A DNA stretch of 64,000 nucleotides. It comes from an uncultured Dehalococcoidia bacterium (GTDB lineage: Bacteria; Chloroflexota; Dehalococcoidia; Lucifugimonadales; UBA3495). The translations under genes were made by a program, and so were the position numbers. Of the stretch, positions 38,178 to 48,994 are shown one piece after another. The DNA lies in contig CATMOE010000003.1 in the NCBI GenBank assembly GCA_950072105.1, positions 64,001 through 128,000 on the forward strand, read 5' to 3'. The stretch's first letter is position 1. Every line of letters starts with the position of its first letter. Below the pieces are notes generated by a model. It worked only from the letters and a program-made list of their open reading frames with translations, did no database searches and was not told the DNA's origin.

Positions 38178-39263
38178 TTATACCAGGACCGGGTCCTTGC
38201 TCTTCGCGTATACCTGGATCCGTCCACCAAAGTGGTCCAGAACCGCAAGCCGGCCTTGCCCGTCGATCTTAACGGCGCACGGGTGGTTGAAGCTTCTCTC
38301 GTAACTGGGGTTGTGGGAAACAGCTAGAGCCCGCTGCCGGATCATGTCCGGATTAGAATTTAGTTTGTCCTTACCCCATTGGGACAGGACGTGGTCGCCC
38401 TTCAGTGCGGTAACGAACCGGCCATCGGGAGCAAGCACTTGTACACGGTTGTTCAGCCAATCTGCCACGTAGATATCGCCGTCATCGTCCACGCATACCC
38501 CGTTGGGCCGATTGAACTGGCCAACGCCATCGCCGGACTGCCCGAAGCTGGCCATCCATTCGCCGTCAGCAGTAAACTGCTGGATGCGGTCGTTGCGCCA
38601 GTCGGCCACGAACACATTTCCTTCCTTGTCCAGGCTGATACCCCAGGGCATGTTGAGCTCGCCGGGGCCGCTGCCAAAGGTGCCAAACTTACCTAGAAAC
38701 TTGCCATCAAGGGTGAACTTCTGTACACGGTGATTGCGGCTGTCGGTCACGAACATCGTGCCGTCTTTGCTTATCACGATCCCGGCTGGGCGGTCCAACT
38801 CTCCGTCTCCGGAGCCCGACTTCCCAGCCGGGATATCCGGTCCGGCCCCAAATGCAATCATACGCGACGAGGCATCGTCGCTGGTGCCACCGTCGAAGCC
38901 ATCCGGCCAGCTGCGCAAAAACTCGCCCTCGCCATTAAACACAGAGATTCGGTTCAGCCATTCGTCGGCTAGATAGACGTTTCCTTGGCCGTCAAGAGCA
39001 ATGGCCGTAGGCCAGACGAATTGACCTGGGCCCGCACCGTAGGACCCAAACTCGGTGATGTACTCTTCGCTCATGGTAACCACAGTGATATGGACGCCGT
39101 CGGTCCGGTATTCATAGCCACGGTTGACTACGTACATCACATCGTTGTCGCCCACCGCCATGTCCACTGGGTTGCGAAACCCGGTCCCGGAAAATTCGTT
39201 GCGTCCCACCGAATGGCTATACGCGAACGACCGGTCATTTAGCCCAAAGAAATGGGTGCTCAT
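38178..39263 (-). CDS. NHL-repeat beta-propeller protein
   Basis: Repeated G.G.GQF..P.GI..D..G.VYVADW.N.RIQ units. Confidence 0.9.
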   Translation of the reverse strand: MSTHFFGLNDRSFAYSHSVGRNEFSGTGFRNPVDMAVGDNDVMYVVNRGYEYRTDGVHITVVTMSEEYITEFGSYGAGPGQFVWPTAIALDGQGNVYLADEWLNRISVFNGEGEFLRSWPDGFDGGTSDDASSRMIAFGAGPDIPAGKSGSGDGELDRPAGIVISKDGTMFVTDSRNHRVQKFTLDGKFLGKFGTFGSGPGELNMPWGISLDKEGNVFVADWRNDRIQQFTADGEWMASFGQSGDGVGQFNRPNGVCVDDDGDIYVADWLNNRVQVLAPDGRFVTALKGDHVLSQWGKDKLNSNPDMIRQRALAVSHNPSYERSFNHPCAVKIDGQGRLAVLDHFGGRIQVYAKSKDPVLV

Positions 39264-39380
39264 CGTATTTACCTCTTCAATTATTAACCAATAAGGGCCG
39301 GTCCAAGCTTGCTGATCTGCTGCTCAAGCAGCCCTTAACCGTTTGTTTAGTTACACGCCGGTGTACCCTCTGAGTCCAGC

Positions 39381-40517
39381 CTACAGGAACTTGGTTTTCT
39401 CGAAGCTGCCTCCGACGATGGGCTTGGCATCCAGACCCATCCAGTCCTCCAGTATGGAAGTGTAGACCGACCTGAAGTCCTGGTTGTACTTAAGGTTGCC
39501 GCCTTCCTCTTGCTCATTGACATCTAGGGACGGGTATTCGCCGTAGATGCCGCCCTTGACTCCCTCACCCACCGCGAAAGCGATGCCGGCGGAACCGTGA
39601 TCGGTGCCGGAACCGTTGTCGGTGATCCGGCGTCCAAACTCGGTGAACATGAACAGCAGTACGTTGTCGCTGGCCTGGTGTTCACGCAGGTCGGTCATGA
39701 AATTCTCCACTGTATTGGAGACATCGGTCCACAGACCGGAGTGCAGAGCCGCCTGGTTGGCGTGGGTGTCAAAGCTGTTGTAAGGGGAGGTTGTGTAGAG
39801 TACCCGGGTGCCGAAGCCCGCCAGGTGCGTCTGGGCGATGTTCTTCATGTACTGGCCCACGGCGGAATTGGAATACTCAACGCTGGAACTGTACTTCTGG
39901 GGGGCGGTGGCCAGGATGTCGGCGCCCTTCAGAGCGTCGGTGCCGGTGTTGCGGATGTAGTCCATAACCGCGCCTCGGCCGATGGCCGGTGAGTACATGC
40001 GGCCAAATACGTCCAGAGCCTCACTGCGCTGGGAGTCGCCCTCGATCCCAGTCAGTAGCCCATAGGTTTCCAGGTCGCCTACGGATGCCACCGGCACGCC
40101 GTCTTTGGCCAATGCCCTGGGAAGGCCGCGGCCGAAGTTAACGCCGGTCAGCACGTTTTCGGAGTGGGGGTCCAAATCTTTAATAACCCGGCCCAGCCAG
40201 CCTTCGCTGCCCTGGGTGTCCGGCTCACAGGTGTGCCAGATGTCCATGGAACGGAAGTGGGAGTAGCTGGAGTTGGGATATCCCATGCCCAGGAATATCG
40301 CCAACTTCCCCTCGTCCCAGAACTTCTTTAGTGGACCCATGGCTGGGTGGAAGCCCAAGTCATCGTTTATGGGGATGATCTGGTCTTCGGAGATGGAAAG
40401 GGACGGCCGGAAATCCCGATACAATCCGTTGGATCGGGGAATTATCGTATTTAATCCATCGTTACCGCCAGACAGCGATAGAATCGCCAAGACGGGGTCT
40501 TTCTGGGTGGAAACCAT
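39381..40517 (-). CDS. DUF1501 family protein
   Basis: LSGGNDGLN, SHFRSMDIW, FDTHANQ, EFGRR..NGSGTDHG, DFRSVY. Confidence 0.9.
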   Translation of the reverse strand: MVSTQKDPVLAILSLSGGNDGLNTIIPRSNGLYRDFRPSLSISEDQIIPINDDLGFHPAMGPLKKFWDEGKLAIFLGMGYPNSSYSHFRSMDIWHTCEPDTQGSEGWLGRVIKDLDPHSENVLTGVNFGRGLPRALAKDGVPVASVGDLETYGLLTGIEGDSQRSEALDVFGRMYSPAIGRGAVMDYIRNTGTDALKGADILATAPQKYSSSVEYSNSAVGQYMKNIAQTHLAGFGTRVLYTTSPYNSFDTHANQAALHSGLWTDVSNTVENFMTDLREHQASDNVLLFMFTEFGRRITDNGSGTDHGSAGIAFAVGEGVKGGIYGEYPSLDVNEQEEGGNLKYNQDFRSVYTSILEDWMGLDAKPIVGGSFEKTKFL

Positions 40518-40540
40518 GTTATATCCTCCAACGCCTATTA

Positions 40541-41965
40541 TTATTCAAACTGGAATTCCGCAGTGGAGGCAATCATCTGGAACATCTCCCCAGTGCGGCG
40601 TGTGAAATCACTTTGCTCGGAGCTGGAACCGTGGCGCAAGTCTCCGGCCTTCTGGGCATGAGCTACCAACTCGCTGCGGGTGCCGTCATCGACCGTGATC
40701 GGACCGATCAGGTCCAGGCATCCATCAACGAAGGTCTCAGGGGACAGGGAATCGCCACGGCTCATCAGGCGGTTTATCAGCCCCTTCACGCCGGGCAGTT
40801 CAGTGTTTCCCAGCAGATCTGAAGCGTAGTTGATCCGTTCCACCAGAGTGCCGCTGTCGATCCACTCTCTTCCGGTGTGCCAGCCCTCCACCGTCGGTGG
40901 ATTCATCAGGTCCATGCCCATGTACTTGGGCTCTTGTGAGTGTTGGAAAAGGCCCAACTTGATCTCCCGGTGTTCTTCGACCAATCGCAAGGTTCCTGCC
41001 ACCACTTCGGCAGGGCTCTTGACCTTGGCATAGCGGACCTCTTCCGACTTGAACGTGTCCGAGTTGAACAGGACACGCAGCATTTCGGTGATGTCGTACC
41101 CAGAATCAAAGTACGCCTTTTCCATTTCTTGAATCAGGTTTAGGTTCTGTGGCGGAGTGAGGCGCCACGCCGGTATCTGAGCATCGTCGGCCACGAAGTA
41201 GTTGTAAAGGTGACGGGCCAAGAAACGAGCCGTCGCCGGCTGTTTACAAATGATGTCTAGAATGTCATCACCGTTCCACGGGCCGGTCTCACCAAGGAAA
41301 GTCTTCTCGCCGTCGTCGTGGTCCGCCGGGTCAAACCGGAACTCCCATGGGCTGCGCCCATAGGGGAAGGGCGGGTAAGCCGGGGCGTTGTTCCATCCGG
41401 TGAAGGCACGGGCGCAGGCCTTTACGTCATCCTCGGAGTAATTGAACTCTTCGTCCTTACCCGCTCCCAAGGAAAACAACTCCAGCAATTCCCTGCCGTA
41501 GTTCTCGTTCACCGCAACCTGATGGCTTTCCGTGTTGTCCAGGTAGTACATCATGCCGGGGCTAGTGGACAAACGGTAGATCAAGTCCCGGAAGTTTCCC
41601 ATCCCATGTTCCCGGAACATGGCGACCATTCTACCCATTTCATATCCGCTGTCGATCTTGCTGTGCCCGGCACAGAATATCATGTGCCAGAACAGGGACA
41701 TCTTCTCCTGAAGTTGGCGCGGAGTGTTGATCATGGTGTAGAGCCACGCCTGCACGTTGTTCTCGATAGCCGCGGACTGCCAGTACGAAGGGTTGTACCG
41801 GTAGACCAAGTCCTCTTCGATAATCGGTTGACTCTCCGGGTTCAAGAGGTCGTCCAAGGTCTGTTGGTAGCCCTGGGCGGCTTTAGCCTCAATCTCGTCG
41901 CGGCTCGCTCCAAATCCGGATCGACGCAGCAAGTGAGCCATCAATGCAATGTTCTCGTCAGCCAT
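40541..41965 (-). CDS. DUF1800 family protein
   Basis: HLLRRSGFG, EKMSLFWH, NENYGRELLELF, ARAFTGW, PPTVEGW; canonical partner of DUF1501. Confidence 0.9.
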   Translation of the reverse strand: MADENIALMAHLLRRSGFGASRDEIEAKAAQGYQQTLDDLLNPESQPIIEEDLVYRYNPSYWQSAAIENNVQAWLYTMINTPRQLQEKMSLFWHMIFCAGHSKIDSGYEMGRMVAMFREHGMGNFRDLIYRLSTSPGMMYYLDNTESHQVAVNENYGRELLELFSLGAGKDEEFNYSEDDVKACARAFTGWNNAPAYPPFPYGRSPWEFRFDPADHDDGEKTFLGETGPWNGDDILDIICKQPATARFLARHLYNYFVADDAQIPAWRLTPPQNLNLIQEMEKAYFDSGYDITEMLRVLFNSDTFKSEEVRYAKVKSPAEVVAGTLRLVEEHREIKLGLFQHSQEPKYMGMDLMNPPTVEGWHTGREWIDSGTLVERINYASDLLGNTELPGVKGLINRLMSRGDSLSPETFVDGCLDLIGPITVDDGTRSELVAHAQKAGDLRHGSSSEQSDFTRRTGEMFQMIASTAEFQFE

Positions 41966-42128
41966 TTCCTCCTCCTAATTCTCGCGCTTATTGTGCTTCA
42001 TAGGGCTGGACCCTATGTCTTCTGATCCATATCCAAAGCGAATCTAAATCATGCCAATGGAAAACGCTCGGATTCTTGGACACCACTCTTTTGTAACAAC
42101 CATTCTAAGGTAATTACAAAGTGTTAAA

Positions 42129-42157
42129 ATGATATAGCTAGTGGAAGCCAGTGTCAA
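42129..42157 (-). promoter_or_regulatory. Sigma70-type promoter for DUF1800-DUF1501
   Basis: TTGACA-17 nt-TATCAT on the minus strand. Confidence 0.55.
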
Positions 42158-42311
42158 TAGAAAAACGTGCCTGAAGGCACGACCGGCGCTAGCTATAAAT
42201 CAAGGCCGAAATGGCCACACCAAAACGGCGGAGTCCAGCGTGAAAATGCAGCAACCGTCTAGTCCGGACCGATGGCCGGTGAAGTCTCGGGCTTACTACC
42301 TGCGATTATCC

Positions 42312-42341
42312 TTGACACCTCCGAATAGCCCCTGCTAGGAT
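42312..42341 (+). promoter_or_regulatory. Sigma70-type promoter for the hopanoid cluster
   Basis: TTGACA-18 nt-TAGGAT with an extended TG motif. Confidence 0.55.
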
Positions 42342-42419
42342 TTCTGCCATCGTCATCCTGCATAACCAGACAGCCTCGGCGCTGGTCTCATCGGGTTACC
42401 CTTCAGATGGACGAACCAC

Positions 42420-43502
42420 ATGAGCGGCAATATCTCCGGCCAACCGATCGCCTCAAGGGACCTAGGTCCGGGCCTGCCCGCGATGTTCGATAGGTACAAA
42501 AGCCGGGTTGAGCAAGAACTGTCCCGGTCCGTTCGATTGCCTGAGGGGACCGACCCCTACACCCTGATACGATATCACCTGGGATGGGCGGACCAACGCG
42601 GTGTGACGGCCCGATCCGCGATCTCCCAGGGCAAGGCCATGAGGCCAACCCTATGTTTGTTCGCCTGCGAGGCGCTTGACGAAGACCCCGATAAGGCACT
42701 GCCCGCGGCTGCGGCTTTGGAATTGATCCACAACTTCTCGTTGATCCACGACGATATTCAGGACCAGGATGTAGAGCGCCGCCACCAACCCACCGTTTGG
42801 TCCATCTGGGGAGTGCCCAAGGCTTTGGTGGCGGGCGACGCCATGCAATCCGTGGGGGATGTTTGCCTACTAAACACGTCCAGATATGGTGTGCCGCCCC
42901 AAACCATCCTTAGAATCTCGAACATTCTTACTTCCAGCTATTTAGAAATGATTCAAGGTCAGTGCCTAGATCTGGGTTTTGAGTCCAGCACTGAAATAAC
43001 ATCGGCGGATTATCTTCAGATGATCGCTTTCAAGACCGGCGCTTTGATCCGCAGCGGTATGGAGATCGGCGCATTGCTGGCCACCGGAGACCACGCCGCG
43101 TACCAAGCTTTCTCAACCTTTGGCAGTTGCGTCGGCCGGGCATTTCAGATCAGGGACGATTACCTGGGGATATGGGGAGATACTTCCCTTACTGGAAAAT
43201 CAGCCGGGAACGACATCCGGCGGCATAAACAATCGTTCCCGATCGTTTATGCTTTCGAGCGAGCGTCGGGTAAGAACCGGGAAGACCTACTGCGGATCTA
43301 TGCTAAGGAAGAGATTGACGACGATGATGTTGGCCGGGTGCTGGCCATTCTCGACGACGTAGGGGCCCGGGATGAGTCCGAGTCGTTGACTGAGGCTAGC
43401 GCCGAGCAGGCTTTGGAAGCTATTGCTTCAGTTAGTCTGCCGGCCTGGGCCAGAACCGAGGCTGAAGGTCTGGTCGATTTTCTAGCACGGCGCCAGTATT
43501 GA
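42420..43502 (+). CDS. Polyprenyl diphosphate synthase (FPP/GGPP)
   Basis: GKAMRP, LIHDDIQD, RR, GQCLD, KTG, FQIRDD. Confidence 0.93.
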   Translation: MSGNISGQPIASRDLGPGLPAMFDRYKSRVEQELSRSVRLPEGTDPYTLIRYHLGWADQRGVTARSAISQGKAMRPTLCLFACEALDEDPDKALPAAAALELIHNFSLIHDDIQDQDVERRHQPTVWSIWGVPKALVAGDAMQSVGDVCLLNTSRYGVPPQTILRISNILTSSYLEMIQGQCLDLGFESSTEITSADYLQMIAFKTGALIRSGMEIGALLATGDHAAYQAFSTFGSCVGRAFQIRDDYLGIWGDTSLTGKSAGNDIRRHKQSFPIVYAFERASGKNREDLLRIYAKEEIDDDDVGRVLAILDDVGARDESESLTEASAEQALEAIASVSLPAWARTEAEGLVDFLARRQY

Positions 43503-43575
43503 GCCCGATGTCGGTACATACGCTCCGTGCCACCATGAATCAATACCCTGCTATACAAGGACCGGTTGACGAATC

Positions 43576-44616
43576 ATGAAACCTGCGAAACGTCCGATCG
43601 AGCTTTCCTTCCGGTTGGCGCTGTACCTCTTGAAAAACCGCCTGGCCGGCCGCAAGAGATTTCCATTGGTGACCATGCTTGAGCCTCTAGAGATGTGCAA
43701 CCTGGCATGTGCGGGCTGCGGACGTATCCGTGAATATCAGCCGGTTATCGACAAGATGATGCCGGTGGACGTGGCCCTTGACGCCGTGAAGGAGTCGGGC
43801 GCTCCCATCGTCTCGATCGCCGGTGGCGAACCGACGATACATCCCAAGATTGACGAGATAATAAACCGGCTGATCGAACAAAAATACTTCGTCTATTGCT
43901 GCACCAACGGTCTGCTCTTGGATAGGATGCTTCCCAAGATACCTCCTTCCAAGTACTTCTGTTGGGTCATCCACATGGACGGAATGGAAGAGAAGCACGA
44001 CGAGTCGGTTGCCCGCAAGGGAGTCTTCAAGAAGGCGGTTCAGGGCATGGAGTTGGCGTTGAGCCAAGGCTACCGTGTCTGCACTAACACCACGATATTC
44101 AAGAACAGCGACGTGGAAGACCTTTGGGAGATGTTCCGCCTGGTGAATGAAATAGGCGTGGAAGGGTCCATGATCTCGCCGGGCTACGACTTCGAAGACG
44201 CGCCCGACCGGGACCTATTCCTAACCAGGCAGGAGTCCCGGAACATCTTCAAAAAACTGTTGGACCCGACTCGAACCGGGGGCATGAAGTTTTACAACAA
44301 TCCCTTGTATCTGAACTTTTTGCAGGGAGACCGGGAATACCAATGTACCGCATGGTCCAACCCCACCTATACCGTCCTCGGATGGCGCAAACCGTGCTAC
44401 CCGCTGGCGGACGAGCACGTTCAAGACGTCAACGAGTTATACGAGGCTGGTCTATGGCAGAAGTACGGTGTGGGCAACGACCCACGTTGCGCCAATTGCA
44501 TGATGCATTGCGGATTTGAGTCCGCCACCATCTTCCAAGCCATCTCCACGCCCAAAGACTGGGCTACCCTGATTAAATCGGGAGCTGCCCACAAGGGCGG
44601 CATCACCGCCGCATAG
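43576..44616 (+). CDS. hpnH: Adenosyl-hopene transferase, radical SAM
   Basis: RFPLVTMLEP, CNLACAGC, SIAGGEP, PCY, YGVGNDPRCANCMMHCG. Confidence 0.92.
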   Translation: MKPAKRPIELSFRLALYLLKNRLAGRKRFPLVTMLEPLEMCNLACAGCGRIREYQPVIDKMMPVDVALDAVKESGAPIVSIAGGEPTIHPKIDEIINRLIEQKYFVYCCTNGLLLDRMLPKIPPSKYFCWVIHMDGMEEKHDESVARKGVFKKAVQGMELALSQGYRVCTNTTIFKNSDVEDLWEMFRLVNEIGVEGSMISPGYDFEDAPDRDLFLTRQESRNIFKKLLDPTRTGGMKFYNNPLYLNFLQGDREYQCTAWSNPTYTVLGWRKPCYPLADEHVQDVNELYEAGLWQKYGVGNDPRCANCMMHCGFESATIFQAISTPKDWATLIKSGAAHKGGITAA

Positions 44617-44624
44617 CCGCCGGA

Positions 44625-45365
44625 GTGGTATTGCTAGCCATCATTGCCAGCATGGAGAGGGAACTGTCCGGTTTGCGGCGCAAGATTTCGTCCGAACGAT
44701 CCGTAGATTCGTTGAACCTAAGAGTGATTGGCGTCGGGAATTCCCGACGCCAATCCGGTCTTCGGGAGATACTTAGATGTACTTCGAATGGCCAGCCAAA
44801 GGGAGTGTTGATGTTGGGATTCGCCGGTGCGGTGGAGCGGAAACTCAAGACCGGAGGTCTTGTTCTATCCAGCAAGTACTATCTAGACGCCCCTAACGAG
44901 AATTTTCTGACGCCCGATCCGGCGATGCGGCAGATTGCGATAACCGCCGCGGCCAACGCCGGATTGCCGGTAACTCACTCAGATTCCCTCACTGTAGATG
45001 CTATCGTTGCCACCCCGGAAGCCAAAGCGGCGTTGGCCGAGAAATATCCTGTGGGAATCGTAGAGATGGAAGGCTACTGGCTGGCGGCGGAAATCCAAGA
45101 CGCCGGTGTGCCATTTATCTCGGCGCGTGTCGTACTGGACACCGCCCTCCAAAGTTTGCCCGGTCACTTGCTCGGACTATCCCAAGGCCGTACTCAGGAT
45201 GTACTCCGAACAGCCGCCATGCCGTGGCGCGCCCCGGCCCTTTTGAGACTGGCGTACCAGGCTCGAATCGCCCGGCAAGCGCTGTCCCGATTCGCGTTAT
45301 CCTTTATCCGGCAATGGGAAAGAGAAGGACATCCCTTGACGGCGGCAAACGTATCCTTAATTTGA
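44625..45365 (+). CDS. hpnG: Nucleoside phosphorylase-like protein (HpnG type)
   Basis: GFAGA, VEMEG, ARVVLD; directly after hpnH. Confidence 0.75.
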   Translation: MVLLAIIASMERELSGLRRKISSERSVDSLNLRVIGVGNSRRQSGLREILRCTSNGQPKGVLMLGFAGAVERKLKTGGLVLSSKYYLDAPNENFLTPDPAMRQIAITAAANAGLPVTHSDSLTVDAIVATPEAKAALAEKYPVGIVEMEGYWLAAEIQDAGVPFISARVVLDTALQSLPGHLLGLSQGRTQDVLRTAAMPWRAPALLRLAYQARIARQALSRFALSFIRQWEREGHPLTAANVSLI

Positions 45366-45408
45366 TAGAATTCTACGCCCTGCTCGAATCGTCGCGACAG
45401 TGAGATGA

Positions 45409-46407
45409 ATGAAGGTTCTGGTCACCGGGGCCACTGGTTTTATCGGAGGCAACCTGGCCCGGAGGCTCTGCCAACACGGTTATGAAGTAAGAGCCCTAGT
45501 CAGGCCGCAAGCGAACAAATTAACAATCGATGGAACGGGCGTTGAACAGATCCCAGGAGATATTCTAGATCGTGAGTCCGTGGCCCGGGCAGTGCAAGGT
45601 TGTCAGGCGGTTTTTCATTGCGCCGCGATCTATGCCTTCTGGTCTAGGACGCCGAGCTTTATCCACCGGACTAACGTGGATGGCACGGCGATAGTCCTAC
45701 AGGCGGCCCGGCAGGCCGGAGTTTCCCGCGTCGTGTACACCAGCACCGTTTCCACCATGGGGTTCTCTCCTGGAGAACTTAGCACCGAGGAAACCTTGCT
45801 GGATCCGGACCATCTGGTAGGGCATTATAAAAAATCCAAGTACCAGGCTGAATTGGTCGCCCTCAAAATGGCCGCCGAAGGTTTGCCTGTGATCGTAGTC
45901 AATCCGACGGCCCCGGTCGGGCGATGGGACGTTAAACCCACGCCCACCGGCAGGATCATCTTGGACTTCATGCGAGGAAGGATTCCCGCCTACTTGGACA
46001 CCGGGATGAATCTGGTGGACGTCGAGGACGTGGCCGAGGGCCATATCCTGGCGATGGAGAGCGGGATATCCGGCCAGAGATACCTTTTGGGAAATGAGAA
46101 CGTGTCCCTGCGTGAAATATTCGAAAAGCTCCAGGAGATAACCGGCCGTCGCGCTCCCCGTTGGCGCGTCCCATTTTGGCTGGCTCTGGCGGCGGGCTAT
46201 CTAGATCAGGCGGTGGAAGGTAAAATGCTAAACCGGGAGCCGAGGATACCGGTTGAAGGCTTGAAGGTAGCAAAATCTCCAATGTACGTGGATTGCGGAA
46301 AAGCGGTCCGGGAATTGGGTCAGCCCCAAAGCGCCGTAGAGTCTGCATTGGAGAAAGCGGTGCGGTGGTTCACCGATCACGGTTACGCTAAATCGCGGGT
46401 ACGCTAG
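45409..46407 (+). CDS. hpnA: Hopanoid-associated sugar epimerase
   Basis: VTGATGFIG, YKKSK, VNPTAPVG.WDVKPTPTG. Confidence 0.88.
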   Translation: MKVLVTGATGFIGGNLARRLCQHGYEVRALVRPQANKLTIDGTGVEQIPGDILDRESVARAVQGCQAVFHCAAIYAFWSRTPSFIHRTNVDGTAIVLQAARQAGVSRVVYTSTVSTMGFSPGELSTEETLLDPDHLVGHYKKSKYQAELVALKMAAEGLPVIVVNPTAPVGRWDVKPTPTGRIILDFMRGRIPAYLDTGMNLVDVEDVAEGHILAMESGISGQRYLLGNENVSLREIFEKLQEITGRRAPRWRVPFWLALAAGYLDQAVEGKMLNREPRIPVEGLKVAKSPMYVDCGKAVRELGQPQSAVESALEKAVRWFTDHGYAKSRVR

Positions 46408-46425
46408 ATCGGGAGCAAAGCAGAA

Positions 46426-48513
46426 TTGACGGTTTACCAGGAAAATATAGTGGGGGCGCCTTCCGGGGAGAAGCTGGAGCTGGCTATCACCCGTTGCCGT
46501 GAGTTCTTTCGCCAGAATCAATATGACGATGGATACTGGTGGGGAGAATTGGAGTCCAATCCCACCATGGAAGCCGAATACCTGCTGCTGTCCCACTTCC
46601 TGGGCAGGCCGGATAAAGACCGGTGGCGAAAAGTCTGCAACCAGATCCTTCAAAAACAGGGCGACGACGGATCGTGGGGCCAATATTATCAGGCGCCCGG
46701 CGACCTGAGCACTTCGGTTGAGTGCTATTTCGCTTTGAAATTGGCCGGACATTCCTCCGACGAGGTATATATGTCCAAGGCCCGCGCCTTCATCCTCTCC
46801 AGGGGCGGAGTACCGAATTCCCGAATCTTCACTAAGATCTGGCTGGCCTTGTTTGGGCAGTGGGATTGGAAAGGCGTTCCCAACTTGCCTCCAGAATTGA
46901 TTCTTGTGCCGCCGTCTTTGCCCTTCAGCGTCTACGACTTTGCCGGCTGGGCTCGCCCAACCATTGTTCCCATGTTGGTTATCTTGAGTCGCCAGCCGTA
47001 CTGCCCGATTCCAGATTGGGCGAACTTGGACGAGCTGTACCCGAAGCCTAGGGAAGAAACCGATTACTCCTTGCCCAAACCCCAGTCTCGTTGGGGATGG
47101 GCGAAACTGCTGTACCACTTGGACCAACTTGTTGGGCTCTACCAACTTTTCCCCGTGCACCCTCTTCGCGGTTGGGCCGAGCGAAAGATCGTCGATTGGG
47201 TGGTTGGTCATCAAGAGCCCAACGGTTCCTGGGCCGGGATTCAGCCTCCTTGGGTCTATTCCCTGATCGCTCTGCATCAAATGGGATTTGCTTCCGACCA
47301 TCCGGTTATGGAAAAAGGATTTGCCGGCATCGACGGATACGCCATCGAAGACGAGGATACGTTCTCGGTACAGGGTTGCATATCGCCCGTTTGGGACACC
47401 TGTCTCGCCCAGGTGGGCTTGATCGAATCGGGCGTGGGCGAAGCCGATCCCATGATTCAGAGATCCACTCGATGGCTCCTAGACCAACAGATCTTTGAAC
47501 CAGGCGACTGGCAGGTACGGGCGAAAAACGTGGAGCCCGGCGGATGGGCATTCGAGTTCGACAACAACAGATACCCGGATATTGACGACACTTCGGAAGT
47601 TATAATGGCTCTGAATCTGGCGCGTCTGGGTCCGGAGGACGACCCTAGGCGGCGTCGCGCCATCAAGCGGGGCGTGAATTGGATCTTGGCTTTACAAAGC
47701 AAGGATGGCGGTTGGGGCGCCTTTGACAAGGACAACAATCGGACCTACGTGAGCAGACTTCCATTTTCAGATTTCGGCGAGGTCCTGGACCCGACCAGCG
47801 CGGATGTTACCTCTCACATCCTGGAGATGATGGGTAAACTTGGCTACCGGCAAGACTTTCCGCCCTTGTCCAGGGCGCTGCGATACATACTTGATAGGCA
47901 AGAAGAAGACGGTTCTTGGTTCGGCCGGTGGGGCGTCAACTACATCTACGGGGTTGGCGCCGTGCTGCCGGCTTTGGCCGCCATCAAAGAGGACATGAGC
48001 CAGCCTTACGTCATCCGGGCCGTGGAGTGGCTGGTTGCCCATCAGAACGAGGACGGGGGATGGGGTGAAAGTTGCGGCTCCTATGTCGACACGGCTCTGC
48101 GCGGGGTCGGTCCCAGCACTCCTTCGCAAACGTCGTGGGCATTGATCGCTCTGCTGGCCGCTGGGAAGGAAACCAGCGATCCAGTTATCCAGGGCGTCAG
48201 ATACCTTTTGGAAACACAGGACGAAGGGGGATGTTGGGACGAACCCTACTTCACCGGCACCGGTTTCCCCGGCTACGGAGCGGGAGAGCCGCCCAAAACC
48301 CTGCCTAAACCGGGCGAGTTAAGATATCAGGGCTTGGATATGCCCGGCGGGTTTATGATCAATTATCATATGTATCGCAACTATTGGCCGCTGATGGCCC
48401 TGGGGCGATACAAGAGACAAACTTCCGGCCATCACTGGGATGCCATCCAAACTAATGGGACGGAACCTCAGAAGACATACGTACAAGGGGATGCCAGCCA
48501 ATATGAAAGCTAA
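46426..48513 (+). CDS. shc: Squalene-hopene cyclase
   Basis: DIDDT (DxDD), QW repeats, GRWGVNYIYG, GTGFPG. Confidence 0.95.
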   Translation: MTVYQENIVGAPSGEKLELAITRCREFFRQNQYDDGYWWGELESNPTMEAEYLLLSHFLGRPDKDRWRKVCNQILQKQGDDGSWGQYYQAPGDLSTSVECYFALKLAGHSSDEVYMSKARAFILSRGGVPNSRIFTKIWLALFGQWDWKGVPNLPPELILVPPSLPFSVYDFAGWARPTIVPMLVILSRQPYCPIPDWANLDELYPKPREETDYSLPKPQSRWGWAKLLYHLDQLVGLYQLFPVHPLRGWAERKIVDWVVGHQEPNGSWAGIQPPWVYSLIALHQMGFASDHPVMEKGFAGIDGYAIEDEDTFSVQGCISPVWDTCLAQVGLIESGVGEADPMIQRSTRWLLDQQIFEPGDWQVRAKNVEPGGWAFEFDNNRYPDIDDTSEVIMALNLARLGPEDDPRRRRAIKRGVNWILALQSKDGGWGAFDKDNNRTYVSRLPFSDFGEVLDPTSADVTSHILEMMGKLGYRQDFPPLSRALRYILDRQEEDGSWFGRWGVNYIYGVGAVLPALAAIKEDMSQPYVIRAVEWLVAHQNEDGGWGESCGSYVDTALRGVGPSTPSQTSWALIALLAAGKETSDPVIQGVRYLLETQDEGGCWDEPYFTGTGFPGYGAGEPPKTLPKPGELRYQGLDMPGGFMINYHMYRNYWPLMALGRYKRQTSGHHWDAIQTNGTEPQKTYVQGDASQYES

Positions 48514-48946
48514 GTCTTTCTGCCTCCAGCTTCGCACCGAGCGAGCGCCCCAGTTCATCGACATCACCGGCTGGGTCGGCGAATGTGTGGCAAAATCCAA
48601 AGTTAGCAACGGATTTGTGGTCGTTTACTCAAAACATACCACCGCGGCTATCAAGATAAACGAGAACGAACCTCTTCTGATCGAAGATATGTCAAAGTTC
48701 TTGGAGAAAATCTCGCCACGTAATGGCGGCTACCAACACAATGACTTCACCATCCGCACCGTGAACATGACTTCCGACGAATCGCCCAACGCCCACGCCC
48801 ACTTGCAGCACCTCCTACTGGGCACCAGCGAAACCGTTCCCATCGTTGACGGGTCTATGCAATTTGGCCAATACCAAAGCGTGTTTTTCATCGAACTGGA
48901 CCATCCTAGAGACCGGGAAGTTATGGTCCAGATTGTTGGGGATTAA
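48503..48946 (+). CDS. yjbQ: YjbQ/UPF0047 family protein
   Basis: HTTAAIKINENE, NAHAH, FIELD. Confidence 0.88.
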   Translation: MKAKSFCLQLRTERAPQFIDITGWVGECVAKSKVSNGFVVVYSKHTTAAIKINENEPLLIEDMSKFLEKISPRNGGYQHNDFTIRTVNMTSDESPNAHAHLQHLLLGTSETVPIVDGSMQFGQYQSVFFIELDHPRDREVMVQIVGD

Positions 48947-48994
48947 AACCTCCGGCTAGCCGTATCGCGATATGTCGCCGGAAGACGAGCATTT

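Noticed and set aside
38821..38910. Extra segment in the NHL protein as repeat-derived
   Set aside because: It has no match to any repeat family in the window, only a short chance hairpin.
48270..48350. Insertion after GTGFPG in Shc as a novel feature
   Set aside because: A similar insert occurs, to my knowledge, in a known subgroup of squalene-hopene cyclases, and it is not repeat-like.
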